Source: Bacteroidales bacterium (lineage in GTDB: Bacteria > Bacteroidota > Bacteroidia > Bacteroidales > PUMT01). From it: a stretch of 64,000 nt of DNA. Positions 1 to 12,339 of the stretch are shown here, piece after piece. The stretch spans positions 5,493 to 69,492 of the forward strand of contig SLCF01000027.1 in NCBI GenBank assembly GCA_007125955.1, read 5' to 3'. The notes below the pieces were generated by a model, which was not told the origin of the DNA, ran no database searches, and was given only the letters and a program-made list of their open reading frames with translations. Made by a program: the position numbers and the translations under genes. Position 1 is the stretch's first letter. The number at the start of each line of letters is the position of its first letter.

Positions 1-306
1 AGTTCCAGATTGAGCGAAGTTGGGCTATATTTAGCCTCTCCCTCATTGACGGGGAGAAGAGACTGTACGATTCACTGAATTCGTTATTGATTGCATGGGA
101 AAGAAAGAGCTTTGAAAGCACTTTCCTGTCGGGCTGTGACGAAGCCGAAAAAGTTATTGCAGAAAAAAATAGGACAATGAGGATTCCTGAAAAAAGGTAT
201 ATGGACTTTTTGTTTGCCATTAAATCAAAATGTTACAGTCAGGCACAAAAAAAATTCAAAAAACCAGTGTTTCTTGTTACAAAGTTAATAAAAAAGGATC
301 CGCGGT

Positions 307-1800
307 CTATATATTTGCAAAAATCCATTCTGCTATTTTCCGGTCATTGGACAAGTGTGGTACCTTGTTTTGGCCGCCAAGTTTGCCGGCCGACTTCATA
401 TACCTCTTGAATGTACCTTCCGGAACACTTATAATCTCTGCCTTATCAATAATCCTGCCGTCTACAAGGTGTGAATAGTAAGAGTTTTTCTCCCGGAGGA
501 GGTTGTCAACCCTGTCAGCAAAAAGACCAGCATCAGGCGGTACTTTTTCGAATTCCACAAACCACTGATGGCGGGGTTTACCGTCAGGATTGTCAACAAG
601 CGGTGCCAGGGTGAACTCACTCACCACTGCACCTGTCATTTCTGCAGCGTTCCCGATAGCAAAATCGGCCTCCTCTTCAATTATATGTTCACCAAAAGCA
701 GATGTAAACTGGGATATCCTGCCCGTAACAACGAGCCTGTAAGGATTGACCGATACGAACTTAACGGTATCACCGATATTGTATCCCCATAAACCGGCAT
801 TACTGTTAATAAGCAAAACATAATTTACATCTAATTCAACACGGGAAAGAGGAATCCTTGGAGGATCCTGCTCACCATAGCTCTCAGCCGGTATAAATTC
901 GAAAAAGATACCACTGTCTGGTATCAGCAAAAGCCCTTCCGAAGGGAACCTGTCCTGAAAGGCAATAAACCCTTCCGAGGCGGGGAATGTTTCAAGAGTA
1001 TCAATTTCCTTTCCTATCAGTTTGAACATTCTCTGCTCGTAAGGCTGAAAGTTAACCCCGCCGTGTACCAGCAGGGAAAAGTGGGGGAAGATCTCAAGTA
1101 TATTTCTCTTGCCGGTGTGTTCCAGCAGTTTTTCGAAATACATCTGTATCCAGGGAGGTATTCCACTTATTAGTGTCATCTTCTCATTCACTGTCTCTTC
1201 GATTATTTTATCGAGCTTCTCTTCCCAGTTTGGGATGCAATTGGTCTCATATAAAGGAAGCCTTCGTGAATGAAGAAATTTCGGGACATTGCGGTGGGCT
1301 ATGCCCGAAAGCCTCCCGCATGGTATCGGTCCGCTTTCATCCAGCTTTGGTGTAGCAGACAGGAAAATGTATTTGCCGTTCACAAATCGGGAATTTCCAG
1401 TAGCCCCAATATACATTAAAAGAGCATAACGGGCTGAATTGATGTGGTTCGGCAGGGAATCGGCTGTTATGGGAATGTATTTTATGCCTGAAGTGGTACC
1501 TGAGGTCATAGCCATATATTTGGGTAATCCCGGCCAGAGCAGATCCTTTTCCCCTTTCATTATTCTATCTATATAGGGCTTGAAGTCCTCGTAATTTCTG
1601 ACAGGAACCCTTGATATGAATGAATCGTACCCTTTGATGTTTTCAAAATCGTGCTTGCGGCCGAAATCTGTGTTTCGGGCTTTTTTTACGATTTTTTTAA
1701 ATTCCTCATCCTGGAGCTTCACCGCGTTTGATCTCCATCTTGCAAGTCGGGGCCGGCTGGCAAGGGATGCAATGCGTGAGGCATAAGATAATATATGCAT
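307..1800 (-). CDS. GH3 family protein (auxin-responsive-promoter-like acyl-acid amido synthetase homologue)
   Basis: 497-aa ORF with ATG start. KKARNTDFGRKHDFENIKGYDSFISRVPVRNYEDFKPYIDRI and MAMTSGTTSGIKYIP are typical of the bacterial GH3 family common in Bacteroidota. Confidence 0.85.
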   Translation of the reverse strand: MHILSYASRIASLASRPRLARWRSNAVKLQDEEFKKIVKKARNTDFGRKHDFENIKGYDSFISRVPVRNYEDFKPYIDRIMKGEKDLLWPGLPKYMAMTSGTTSGIKYIPITADSLPNHINSARYALLMYIGATGNSRFVNGKYIFLSATPKLDESGPIPCGRLSGIAHRNVPKFLHSRRLPLYETNCIPNWEEKLDKIIEETVNEKMTLISGIPPWIQMYFEKLLEHTGKRNILEIFPHFSLLVHGGVNFQPYEQRMFKLIGKEIDTLETFPASEGFIAFQDRFPSEGLLLIPDSGIFFEFIPAESYGEQDPPRIPLSRVELDVNYVLLINSNAGLWGYNIGDTVKFVSVNPYRLVVTGRISQFTSAFGEHIIEEEADFAIGNAAEMTGAVVSEFTLAPLVDNPDGKPRHQWFVEFEKVPPDAGLFADRVDNLLREKNSYYSHLVDGRIIDKAEIISVPEGTFKRYMKSAGKLGGQNKVPHLSNDRKIAEWIFANI

Positions 1801-1909
1801 AAATTATTGTTTTGGCATATCCAACATGAACCATTGTAAAACGGATTAAAAAACTTATATATTATTTAAGCTTTTTTTACCTGCCTTACAAAGCGCATGC
1901 CTTAATGCA

Positions 1910-3316
1910 CTATTTGTAAAGATACTGCCTTATAAGAGACAAATAGGCATCTGTTCCTCTGTCAAGCATCTCAACGGGGATACGCTCATTAACGTTGTGG
2001 ATTGATTCAAGCAGTTCCGTTTCCAGAAAAACAGGTAATATTCCGTATGAAGGCACTCCTTTTGCTCTAAAAAAATTATTGTCATTTGAAGCAGGCATAA
2101 TAACAGGAATAACACCTGAAGAGTGGTAAGCTTCTTTAATGGCTTTTTCAATCTTCTGATAATGATCATTTAATGGTGAAGGGTTGGCCATTACACCTTC
2201 ATTTATCACCTCAATAATTATCCCTTCATTGTCCATTATCCTTTCTATCTTTTTTAAAAAGTCTTCTGTCTCTATTCCGGGAAGCAGGCGGCAATCCAGA
2301 ACTGCAGTAACACTCTGGGGTATCTGGTTTGGTGGACCGGGTGGCGTATTTACAGCCGTTACAGTTATTGTATTTGTTACAAGCGAGTAAACTATCTCCT
2401 CTTTCCTGATTGACGGCATTACCAGGGGCTTGAAAAACCTGATATTCCGAAGTGCAAACCCCCTGAAACCGCTTTCAAGCTTTCCGAGCTCCCGGAACAT
2501 ATTGTAAGTTGTTTCTGAAAAATAGACCCCTTTCTTTCTTCCGTATAAATTGTTAAGTGCATTAATCTTTTCCTGGACAGCGTACGCATCGGGAGGTACT
2601 GCACCATGCCCCGATGTTTCGGAATTAATTGCAAGTCTTAACCAAAGAGTACGTTTATGGGCTACCGATATCCCGAAAACCATCTTTTCAGGATTGCCGG
2701 CAAGCAAACCCGGCAGTCCCGACCCACCTTCTCCGTATAATACCACCGGGTTCAGCATTTCCAGGTAGTCACTGACAATTATCCTGGAACCGGTATGTCC
2801 TCCAGTTTCTTCACCAGATACAGAGAGGATTGTAACATTAAACGGATAGTCAACCTGGCTGGCTTTTTCTGCGAATTCGGACAAAGCCAGGAGCTGCATT
2901 ACAGCCATCCCTTTGTTGTCAATTGCTCCCCTGCCCCAGACAAATCCGTCTTCTATCTTACCGGAAAAGGGAGGATGTTTCCATTCGGCAAAATCGCCGG
3001 GAGGTACTACGTCTATATGATTCAGGAGAATTATATTTGGCTTACCAAGCTCAAGAGGATAAAGTGATGCTGTAAAATTATATCTGTCAATTTCGTCTGT
3101 GAGGATTTCAACAATCAGGCCTTTTTCCCTTGCGAGGTCTGAAAGGAATTCACCGGCCTCCCTTTCATTCCCGGTAACCGATTCGTAAGAGATATACCTG
3201 CTGAGAAGTTCTGCTGAATATGAAACTGAATCATCAGTACCCGTTATTGATGATGCGGTATGAGTTGCAGCTATTATGGCTGCTGATAAAAGTAGTATTG
3301 TACGGATTTTCTTCAT
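1910..3316 (-). CDS. M20-family metallopeptidase (dipeptidase-like), secreted
   Basis: 468 aa. N-terminal signal peptide MKKIRTILLLSAAIIAA. Metal-binding motifs LLNHIDVVP, GRGAIDNKG and SGEETGG. Confidence 0.8.
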   Translation of the reverse strand: MKKIRTILLLSAAIIAATHTASSITGTDDSVSYSAELLSRYISYESVTGNEREAGEFLSDLAREKGLIVEILTDEIDRYNFTASLYPLELGKPNIILLNHIDVVPPGDFAEWKHPPFSGKIEDGFVWGRGAIDNKGMAVMQLLALSEFAEKASQVDYPFNVTILSVSGEETGGHTGSRIIVSDYLEMLNPVVLYGEGGSGLPGLLAGNPEKMVFGISVAHKRTLWLRLAINSETSGHGAVPPDAYAVQEKINALNNLYGRKKGVYFSETTYNMFRELGKLESGFRGFALRNIRFFKPLVMPSIRKEEIVYSLVTNTITVTAVNTPPGPPNQIPQSVTAVLDCRLLPGIETEDFLKKIERIMDNEGIIIEVINEGVMANPSPLNDHYQKIEKAIKEAYHSSGVIPVIMPASNDNNFFRAKGVPSYGILPVFLETELLESIHNVNERIPVEMLDRGTDAYLSLIRQYLYK

Positions 3317-3350
3317 AATCCGTTAAATTTCTTTTTTAGTATCTCCGGCT

Positions 3351-5336
<1,986 letters not shown>

Positions 5337-5566
5337 TTAATTATACTTTTCCACAACAAATTTTAATATGTAATGATGGCACTCAGCAAGCTGCAGTGCA
5401 ATTATGCCAAATTCCCTGTAAAAAGAGTTATGAAAAAACCGGGTGGATTTTTTTTCAATATTCAAATATACATAAAATTTCAATCATTATGCTGCCCATT
5501 AACCGTTCTGCCAGGATACTATTTACAAACAAAAAATCAACAAACCGGTCATTCTCCATCTTATCC

Positions 5567-7285
5567 TTACAATGAATAAGTAAATCCTGCGAGGAAATTA
5601 AAGCCCTGGACAGGATAGTAATTCCATTTACGGTATCCGGAAGATGTTATATTATTGGCTTTTATAAATGCCGAAAAAAGATTGTTATACCGGTATTCCA
5701 CACCCAGATTAAAGTCGGTTACACCGTCAAGCCGGAAAGGATCGGCTTCCGGAAGCCTGCTCTTTGCTTTTCTTTCGCCGATATGGAAAATATCTGCGCT
5801 CAGTAATATTTTGCCGCGCAGGTTATATCTTGCAGAAAAACTTAATTCAGTCTCAGGTTTGTGCCATGGATGCTCCTGAAGCTTCATTTCATATCTGTAC
5901 TTATCCGCTTTGAGCATAATTTCGAAACTATTCCCGATGCTTGCCTTAAGTTCACCCCAGTAGTGAAATTTTTCTATATCGTCGTATACAACGAGGAATT
6001 TGTTCGCAGCTTCACTTACAGTATCGTTAATGTAAAAATGCATATTGTCAACAACCCTGTAAGCACCTCCGCCGTTGAAAGATATGTTTCTGGTGATATT
6101 TCCTTTCACTCCTGCATACAGGTTTATTTTGTTGTTAGAGTTCCCGACCCTTAGTCCCGGTACTATATAAAAGTTCTCCAAGGCTGTTTGTCCGTAATTA
6201 TTAATATTCAGGTTGCCGTCAACCCCTACGTAGGGCACTACATAATCTTTGACAAGACTGAACTCCAGACTTGCGAGGGGGTGGAAATATGTCTTTCCTG
6301 TTCCTCCGTAATAATCATAATAGACATTGAATCCTGCCATAACCCTCCATTCATCATCGGCTTTGGTTATCCAGGGATTTGCCCTGATTATCCAGTTTGA
6401 AGTATCAGCCACCCTTGTATTGTTGAAATAATCATAACCTATCTCGAGACCTATTATCTGTCCCCTGATATAGTGCTGAAAGGCAGCTCCCACATTGATC
6501 CCGTGTTCCGTGTTTTTATTCCTGTCCTGGAAATGGGAATAATTGGCTGAAATATCGTAGTGCAGACCCGATGAATCATTCACTGTCGATTCAAGTCCTA
6601 TTGACGCTTCTGCAAAGAGGAAGTTTTGCCTGATATCGTTTTTGTCAAAAACAGTATCTACAGTTGTGTCATAACCGTAGTAGTTGAACTGGTTGCTCGT
6701 CATGCCGGCTCTTCCCCAAAGATTTGACTCCCTGAACATCCTTTTGCCGTACAGCAACACTTCGTTGTCACTAAAGCCTGACAACCCATCGGTGTTATTG
6801 TCAAGTGTTATGTTACCGTGAGATGAATGGTGCTTCAGGTAAACCCCTCCTGAAAAGTCCCTGTTGCGCAAACTGTTTATACTCAGTTCAGCATAAGGTG
6901 TTGTGTAATTCCCGTACCCCAGTTTAATATGGCTATTGTATAAACGTGAAGGGGGTTTCTCTTCAAGGCGTGCAGCGGTGATGGGCTGGACTTCATAGTC
7001 AACTGTCAGGGGCATGGGAAATATATTATAATCAAAATCCGGAACAATAGCGACCGTGTCTTTAATTTCCGGAAGTGTTGTGATTTTAGACGCATCCGCA
7101 ATCGTAGGCTGGTAGGGTCTCACCACAACCACTTCTTTTTGAATCTGTTCCTGTGAAAACCCTGTAAAAGGAAATACCAGCATGAATACTGCAAAAGCAA
7201 TTTCACGGTGAAGCCGTAACACAAAACAAGTCTCGGGTTTCTTTCCCGAAATCATTAATCCTTTATACAAAAATCTAATAGTCAT
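5567..7285 (-). CDS. outer-membrane beta-barrel protein (putative porin-like), function unknown
   Basis: 572 aa with ATG start. Hydrophobic signal segment AFAVFMLVFPFTGFSQ. Long run of alternating aromatic/Gly/Asn beta-strand-like segments. C-terminus ...FLAGFTYSL. Starts 25 nt downstream of the TPR gene on the same strand. Confidence 0.5.
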   Translation of the reverse strand: MTIRFLYKGLMISGKKPETCFVLRLHREIAFAVFMLVFPFTGFSQEQIQKEVVVVRPYQPTIADASKITTLPEIKDTVAIVPDFDYNIFPMPLTVDYEVQPITAARLEEKPPSRLYNSHIKLGYGNYTTPYAELSINSLRNRDFSGGVYLKHHSSHGNITLDNNTDGLSGFSDNEVLLYGKRMFRESNLWGRAGMTSNQFNYYGYDTTVDTVFDKNDIRQNFLFAEASIGLESTVNDSSGLHYDISANYSHFQDRNKNTEHGINVGAAFQHYIRGQIIGLEIGYDYFNNTRVADTSNWIIRANPWITKADDEWRVMAGFNVYYDYYGGTGKTYFHPLASLEFSLVKDYVVPYVGVDGNLNINNYGQTALENFYIVPGLRVGNSNNKINLYAGVKGNITRNISFNGGGAYRVVDNMHFYINDTVSEAANKFLVVYDDIEKFHYWGELKASIGNSFEIMLKADKYRYEMKLQEHPWHKPETELSFSARYNLRGKILLSADIFHIGERKAKSRLPEADPFRLDGVTDFNLGVEYRYNNLFSAFIKANNITSSGYRKWNYYPVQGFNFLAGFTYSL

Positions 7286-7310
7286 CTCTTTAATATATTT
7301 TCAAGTACTA

Positions 7311-10300
7311 TTACAATATGTTTTCATTTTCATCTATCTTTTCAAGCCTTTTTTCTGCCCTCTCCACAATACCGTCATCCGTAATATCGTAATTATCGAT
7401 CACACTCTGAAGAGTGTGCCTGGCCTGAAAATGATCTTCTTTTTCAATATATATATCGGCCAGCAGTATAAAAGCATTCGCCATCCAGTATTGATGCGGA
7501 GTGCTCATCGAAACGAAATCATTTATCTCCTCCTCTGCATTTTCAATTTCACCCATGTTAAAATAGAGCTCAGCAATACGGTACTTTGATTCTGCTCCTT
7601 CACGGCTGGACACCTCTGTTGCCGTTTTCCTGAACCGTTCGAGAGCTTCACTGTTTTTTCCCAGAGTCAGAAGGGATTTTGCGGCAATAAAATTTGCTTC
7701 CCTTAAAGTCTCTTCAGCTACACCTTCTGTTGCGGCTACTTCATTTGCCGCTTCGAACGCCTGCATGCTGTTGTCAAGTTCAAAATGGCACCGCATCCGG
7801 CCTTTTCTTGCTTCAAGAACGGTTTTCCTGTCACCCGCCAGTTCTTCAAGTCTGATATAATTATCAAGAGCGGAACTGTAATCACGCAAATGGAAATATA
7901 ATGCGGCTGCTGCGGAAAGTGCCTGTTCGGTAAACTCAGTCCTGTGCCTGCCTGTTACATAATTATAAGATTCAAGCGCTTTCTCATACTCTCCTCTCAT
8001 ATGGTGGCAATCTGCCTTGTAAAAATGGGCGTTTACCACAAATATTCCGTTGCTGAACTCATCGAGATAGCTTCCAAGACGCTCTACAGCCGCTTCGCAG
8101 TCACCTGACATATAGGTGTTCTCGGCAGCCAGATAGGTGAGCGAGTCCTTTTCCGAAACCGTTATATCTGCGAAATCACCAAGCTTTTCGGCATATTCAA
8201 AATAGGACTCAACATCATTCATGTCTATATAAATGTTCCTTATACCCGTCAGAGCACTCCTTGCTTCTGCACTTCCCGGATATTCATCTATCACCCTTTT
8301 ATAATGTTCAAGTGCATCCGTGTTGCGGTCATAGTTATAATTCACCAGTCCGATCTGCAGAAGCGCAGTTCTTGCCAGGTCGCTTTCAGGGAATTCATTT
8401 AATATACGGTTATAATAATTCAGTGCCCTGTCAGGTGACTGCTGGTCAAGATGGCTTCTGCCAAGCTCATACAATGCATCCGGCATATATGAGGAATTGG
8501 TGTGTTCTTCTGTCAGCTCATACAGTTTGGATATCTTATCCTGTATATTGCCAAGCAATCCATTGCAGATGGCGCTCTGGAACAGAGCATAATCAACATG
8601 CATCCTGCCTGCAGCTACAGCACGGTTGTAGAACTGAAGTGCATCCCGGTATCTTCCCATCGAAAAATAGGAGTCCCCTATGCGGTTCAGGGCATCCGCA
8701 CCCATCCGGGTATCTGATGTCCCTTCAAGATTGAGGTACCTGCGAAACCAGGACTGGGCGTTTGAATAGTCTTTCTGCTTAAAATATGCATACCCCATAT
8801 TGTAATGGCATGTCTTGTACTCTTCAAGTTCAAAAGCCCCGGGAGATAAAAGGAATCTGCTGTAATTTCTGATAGCCCCGTCAAAGTTTTCAAGTCTGTA
8901 CTGTGCCTCACCCGACCAGTAATAAGATTGTGCAGCAATTGAAGGATTGAACTGGGAGTACTGAAGCGAAAGATCGAACATTTCGAGCGCCCCGGCAAAA
9001 CGCAGGTCATTAAACAACTCAAGACCGCGGTAAAAAGCCACTCTCTGGTAAGCCTGCTGTATATCAGTTGTCTTACGGGTTATCTTTTCCAGGGATGCGA
9101 GAGCCTGCCCGTAATTCCTGGTATTCATGTAGGCCATTACAAGATAGTTGTAAGCCTCATCAATTCTTTCAGAATCAGGATAGAGCTCTATGAACCTGTT
9201 GAAACCGTTTATAGCCTCATTAAAAGGGGCAAATGCCAGCTCATAAGTAAGAACAGAGTAATTAAATAGCGCATCCTCCTGAATGTTACTGTTATGATCC
9301 ATCCGTGCAGCCGACTCAAAAGCAAGCCGGGCCTTGCTCTTCTCATCAAGTCTGATATAACAATCAGCTAAATGGTAGAGGGCATTCTGATGAAGTTCGT
9401 CTTCAGGTCTGCCAACACGTTCAAGCTGTTCTGCAGCCTTGTCGTATAACCCGAGATTATAATAGGCATATCCAAGCTGGTACCTGTCATCCCTGGAAAC
9501 TGAAGTGGATTTCTCCATATGTATTTCCAGGTACTTTACCGCATCCTCATACCGTGTCAGTCTGTAATAGGACTCACCGATAATACGGGCAATTTCCGGA
9601 ACACGACCGGATGTTGCCACTTCAAGGAGTTGCGGACTCTCTCTTATAACATCCTCATAGCGGCGTTGCAAGTAATATATCTGGGTTATATAATAAGGTA
9701 CGAGAGAAAAAAAAGTTTCGTCATCCTGAATATCAAGAAAACCGGAAAGAGCTGTTTCAAGGTTGTTTTCAGTGTAAGCAATGTGGGAGTAGTAATATGT
9801 TGCAGGAACAGAAAATTCCGAACGGCCGTCTTTTATTTCATAAAAGGCACGGGAAGCCTCATCATAGACATCGTTCATAAAAAAGCTGTATCCCTTCCTG
9901 AAGTAATGCTCATCCCTCAATTCCGGCGGCAGCATGCCGGGCCGGGCTGAAGCAAACCATCCTGCCGCCCTTCTGTAGGAACGATTCCTGTAGTAGTGGC
10001 GACCCAGATGAAAGCGGGCTTCGTCAGATTTTATATTTTCAGGATTATTCTCAATGAAGTTCATCATCAGGTACTCGGCATCCTGATTTTCCAGCTCTAT
10101 TGCACAAAGGGCAATGTAATACTCGGCATAGCTTCTCATCAGGGAGCTGGCATCATAACTGCCTTTGGCTTTTCTGAAATGTTGCTGGGCAGCTCCAAAT
10201 TTCTCCTTTTCGAAATACTCTATCGCTCTTTGGTAATCAACGTTATCATTATCATAAACAAGCGATTTCTGGGCAGTAAGAAAAGGGGATGATGCAAACA

Positions 10301-10343
10301 AACAGAAAAAGATTAAAACAACAAATCGGGACATCCTGTACAT
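7311..10343 (-). CDS. large tetratricopeptide-repeat (TPR) protein, secreted
   Basis: The ORF-track start at 10376 is TTG, so I prefer ATG at 10343 (MYRMSRFVVLIFFCLFASSPFLTAQ, a signal peptide). After the signal peptide nearly the whole protein (about 1000 aa) is tiled by TPR-like Y/A/L-periodic repeats (e.g. YYIALCAIE, YQLGYAYYNLGLYDKA, ALFNYSVLTYEL). Confidence 0.8.
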   Translation of the reverse strand: MYRMSRFVVLIFFCLFASSPFLTAQKSLVYDNDNVDYQRAIEYFEKEKFGAAQQHFRKAKGSYDASSLMRSYAEYYIALCAIELENQDAEYLMMNFIENNPENIKSDEARFHLGRHYYRNRSYRRAAGWFASARPGMLPPELRDEHYFRKGYSFFMNDVYDEASRAFYEIKDGRSEFSVPATYYYSHIAYTENNLETALSGFLDIQDDETFFSLVPYYITQIYYLQRRYEDVIRESPQLLEVATSGRVPEIARIIGESYYRLTRYEDAVKYLEIHMEKSTSVSRDDRYQLGYAYYNLGLYDKAAEQLERVGRPEDELHQNALYHLADCYIRLDEKSKARLAFESAARMDHNSNIQEDALFNYSVLTYELAFAPFNEAINGFNRFIELYPDSERIDEAYNYLVMAYMNTRNYGQALASLEKITRKTTDIQQAYQRVAFYRGLELFNDLRFAGALEMFDLSLQYSQFNPSIAAQSYYWSGEAQYRLENFDGAIRNYSRFLLSPGAFELEEYKTCHYNMGYAYFKQKDYSNAQSWFRRYLNLEGTSDTRMGADALNRIGDSYFSMGRYRDALQFYNRAVAAGRMHVDYALFQSAICNGLLGNIQDKISKLYELTEEHTNSSYMPDALYELGRSHLDQQSPDRALNYYNRILNEFPESDLARTALLQIGLVNYNYDRNTDALEHYKRVIDEYPGSAEARSALTGIRNIYIDMNDVESYFEYAEKLGDFADITVSEKDSLTYLAAENTYMSGDCEAAVERLGSYLDEFSNGIFVVNAHFYKADCHHMRGEYEKALESYNYVTGRHRTEFTEQALSAAAALYFHLRDYSSALDNYIRLEELAGDRKTVLEARKGRMRCHFELDNSMQAFEAANEVAATEGVAEETLREANFIAAKSLLTLGKNSEALERFRKTATEVSSREGAESKYRIAELYFNMGEIENAEEEINDFVSMSTPHQYWMANAFILLADIYIEKEDHFQARHTLQSVIDNYDITDDGIVERAEKRLEKIDENENIL

Positions 10344-10446
10344 CAGAGTAAGTTTTATATTATTTTCAAATAACAAACGTATAAAAAGATAAATTATGTG
10401 GTAAATTTAGAGATAAAATAATTTTTCTCCGTCTTAATCCTTTTTC

Positions 10447-11490
10447 TCACACATACACCCGTGCTTTTAAACCCAAAAACCTGCCCAACTCTCTTGACAA
10501 TGCATTTGTTTCGATCAGGAACCCATCATGACCGTAAAGGGAATCGATACTGGTAAATTCAGCGCCGGGAATTGATTCGGCAAGATGGATCTGTTCCTCC
10601 TCAGGGAAAATAAGATCACTATTAATACCTGCCACCATTGTTCGTGCTTTTATTCCTGAAAGGGCTTTTTCACTCCCCCCCCTTCCCCTGCCAAGGTTAT
10701 GAGTATCCATTGTGTTCAGCAAACTCATATAGGAAAATGCATTGAACCTTCTGACAAGTTTTTCACCCTGATAGCGCTGGTATGACATTGCCCTGTAATC
10801 ACCAAGTTTGTCCTCACCATCATCACTCTGTGTTGACTTGTAGGTATTGTAGTTCCTGTAGCTTAACAATGCTATTGACCTTGCTGCAAGCATTCCGGCA
10901 AGACCTGCTTCAGGATTCGATTCATTCCAGGTTGAGTCTGCTTCAACAGCGAGGCGTTGTGACTGATTAAAAGCTATACTCCATGGTGATGATCTTGCAT
11001 GGGTCGCTACCGGAGCAATATTTTTATGCAGGCCGGGGTTCATAAACGCCCATTCCAGAACCTGTTGCCCGCCTGTTGAACCTCCTATCAGAAGGTAAAT
11101 GCTTTCAATGCACAGGTGCTCTCTCAGTATCTCGTGTGATCTGACAATATCCCTTACAGTAATAAGGGGGAAAGAGTGATACCAGGGATTGCCCGTTTCC
11201 GGATTTATGCTGAGCGGTCCTGTTGAGCCGTAGCACGAACCGATTTTGTTGGCACAGACTATAAAGAAATCCCGTGGATTGAACAGGTCGTTTTCTCCAA
11301 AAAGCCCGTCCCACCAGTCAAACACATCTGAGTTTGACGTAAGTGCATGACACACCCAGATTACATTGTTTTTCTCACGATTCATTCTGCCGTAAGTGTG
11401 ATAGGCAATATCAATTTCCGGCAAATATCCTCCCGATTCAAGCGGAAAATCTTTTTTGTATCTGAACTTTTGAATTTTTCCCTGTTCCAT
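10447..11490 (-). CDS. metX: homoserine O-acetyltransferase
   Basis: 347 aa. N-terminus LESGGYLPEIDIAYHTYGRMNREKNNVIWVCHALTSNSDVFDWWDGLFG. Nucleophile elbow IGGSTGGQQ. C-terminal GHDGFLIE. Confidence 0.9.
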   Translation of the reverse strand: MEQGKIQKFRYKKDFPLESGGYLPEIDIAYHTYGRMNREKNNVIWVCHALTSNSDVFDWWDGLFGENDLFNPRDFFIVCANKIGSCYGSTGPLSINPETGNPWYHSFPLITVRDIVRSHEILREHLCIESIYLLIGGSTGGQQVLEWAFMNPGLHKNIAPVATHARSSPWSIAFNQSQRLAVEADSTWNESNPEAGLAGMLAARSIALLSYRNYNTYKSTQSDDGEDKLGDYRAMSYQRYQGEKLVRRFNAFSYMSLLNTMDTHNLGRGRGGSEKALSGIKARTMVAGINSDLIFPEEEQIHLAESIPGAEFTSIDSLYGHDGFLIETNALSRELGRFLGLKARVYV

Positions 11491-11579
11491 TAAAGATTAT
11501 TTTAGAATTGTATTGCAAGAAATCAATTCAGTAACCCGTAAATAAATGATATGACGGATTTGATCACTGCCGGAAGTGC

Positions 11580-12293
11580 CTACTCCATCATAAGCGAAGT
11601 GAAATCTATTTCGGCAGTATGGTCAACTTCAACGATCTTCCCTTTTTCACACTTCAGTGTCCTTGCAGTGAATTTCTTAAGCAGAGTATAGTTGTGGGTT
11701 GCCATAACAACGGCGCGACCGCTATAGCTGATCTCTTTGAGCAGTTTCAGTATCTCTTCGGATGTGTCAGGATCTAGGTTGCCTGTGGGCTCGTCTGCCA
11801 GAATAACTTCGGGATCATTCAGCAATGAGCGGGCAATAACAACCCTTTGCTGCTCTCCGCCAGAAATCTGGTGAGGCATCTTATATCCCTTGAAAACCAG
11901 TCCCACCCGGTTCAGAACATCAACAATCCTTTCATCCATCTCCTTTTTGTTTTTCCAGCCCGTTGCCTTCAGCACAAAAAGCAAATTATCATACACGTTA
12001 CGGTCAGGTAACAACTGAAAATCCTGGAAAACAATTCCAAGTTTTCTTCTCAGCCTGGGTATTTGTTTCCTTTTTATCTTTTTCAGGTCAAATCCGGCAA
12101 CAAAAGCCTCACCTTCCTTCACATCGAGCTGAGCGTTCATTGTTTTGATCAGACTGGTTTTGCCGCTTCCGACCTTTCCGATAAGGTATACAAACTCGCC
12201 CTTTTTTAAGTGAAATGTGACATCGGATAAAACCAGGTTGTCAGCCTGTGAGACCGACACATTATGAAAATCAATTATTGTATCGAGTGCCAT
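11580..12293 (-). CDS. ftsE: cell-division ABC ATPase FtsE-like
   Basis: 237 aa. Walker [11 protein letters not shown], signature ISGGEQQRV, Walker [12 protein letters not shown]. No permease gene is adjacent. Confidence 0.75.
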   Translation of the reverse strand: MALDTIIDFHNVSVSQADNLVLSDVTFHLKKGEFVYLIGKVGSGKTSLIKTMNAQLDVKEGEAFVAGFDLKKIKRKQIPRLRRKLGIVFQDFQLLPDRNVYDNLLFVLKATGWKNKKEMDERIVDVLNRVGLVFKGYKMPHQISGGEQQRVVIARSLLNDPEVILADEPTGNLDPDTSEEILKLLKEISYSGRAVVMATHNYTLLKKFTARTLKCEKGKIVEVDHTAEIDFTSLMME

Positions 12294-12339
12294 TTACAGC
12301 GGTTTTTCTTCGTAAATAATATTTCTTTCACCGTACTTT

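Noticed and set aside
1-78. Open frame ending at a TGA near position 76-78, which could be the tail of a plus-strand gene cut by the window edge
   Set aside because: Only 25 codons are visible and no recognisable motif is present, so this is too little to call.
87-478. Two plus-strand ORFs (107 and 82 aa) at the left edge
   Set aside because: Both run into and overlap the 3' end of the GH3 gene on the opposite strand. No motifs, promoter box or terminator support them. A short real gene in 87-306 cannot be excluded, but I cannot support one.
5434-5458. A6-CCGGGTGG-A-T8 element between the porin-like gene and gyrB, considered as a bidirectional terminator
   Set aside because: Only two G:C pairs plus A:T pairs with a bulge can form, which is too weak to call.
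8261-9950. ORFs of 157, 71, 111 and 143 aa overlapping the TPR gene
   Set aside because: They are antisense or out-of-frame shadows of a continuous 1000-aa TPR ORF, with no start context or motifs.
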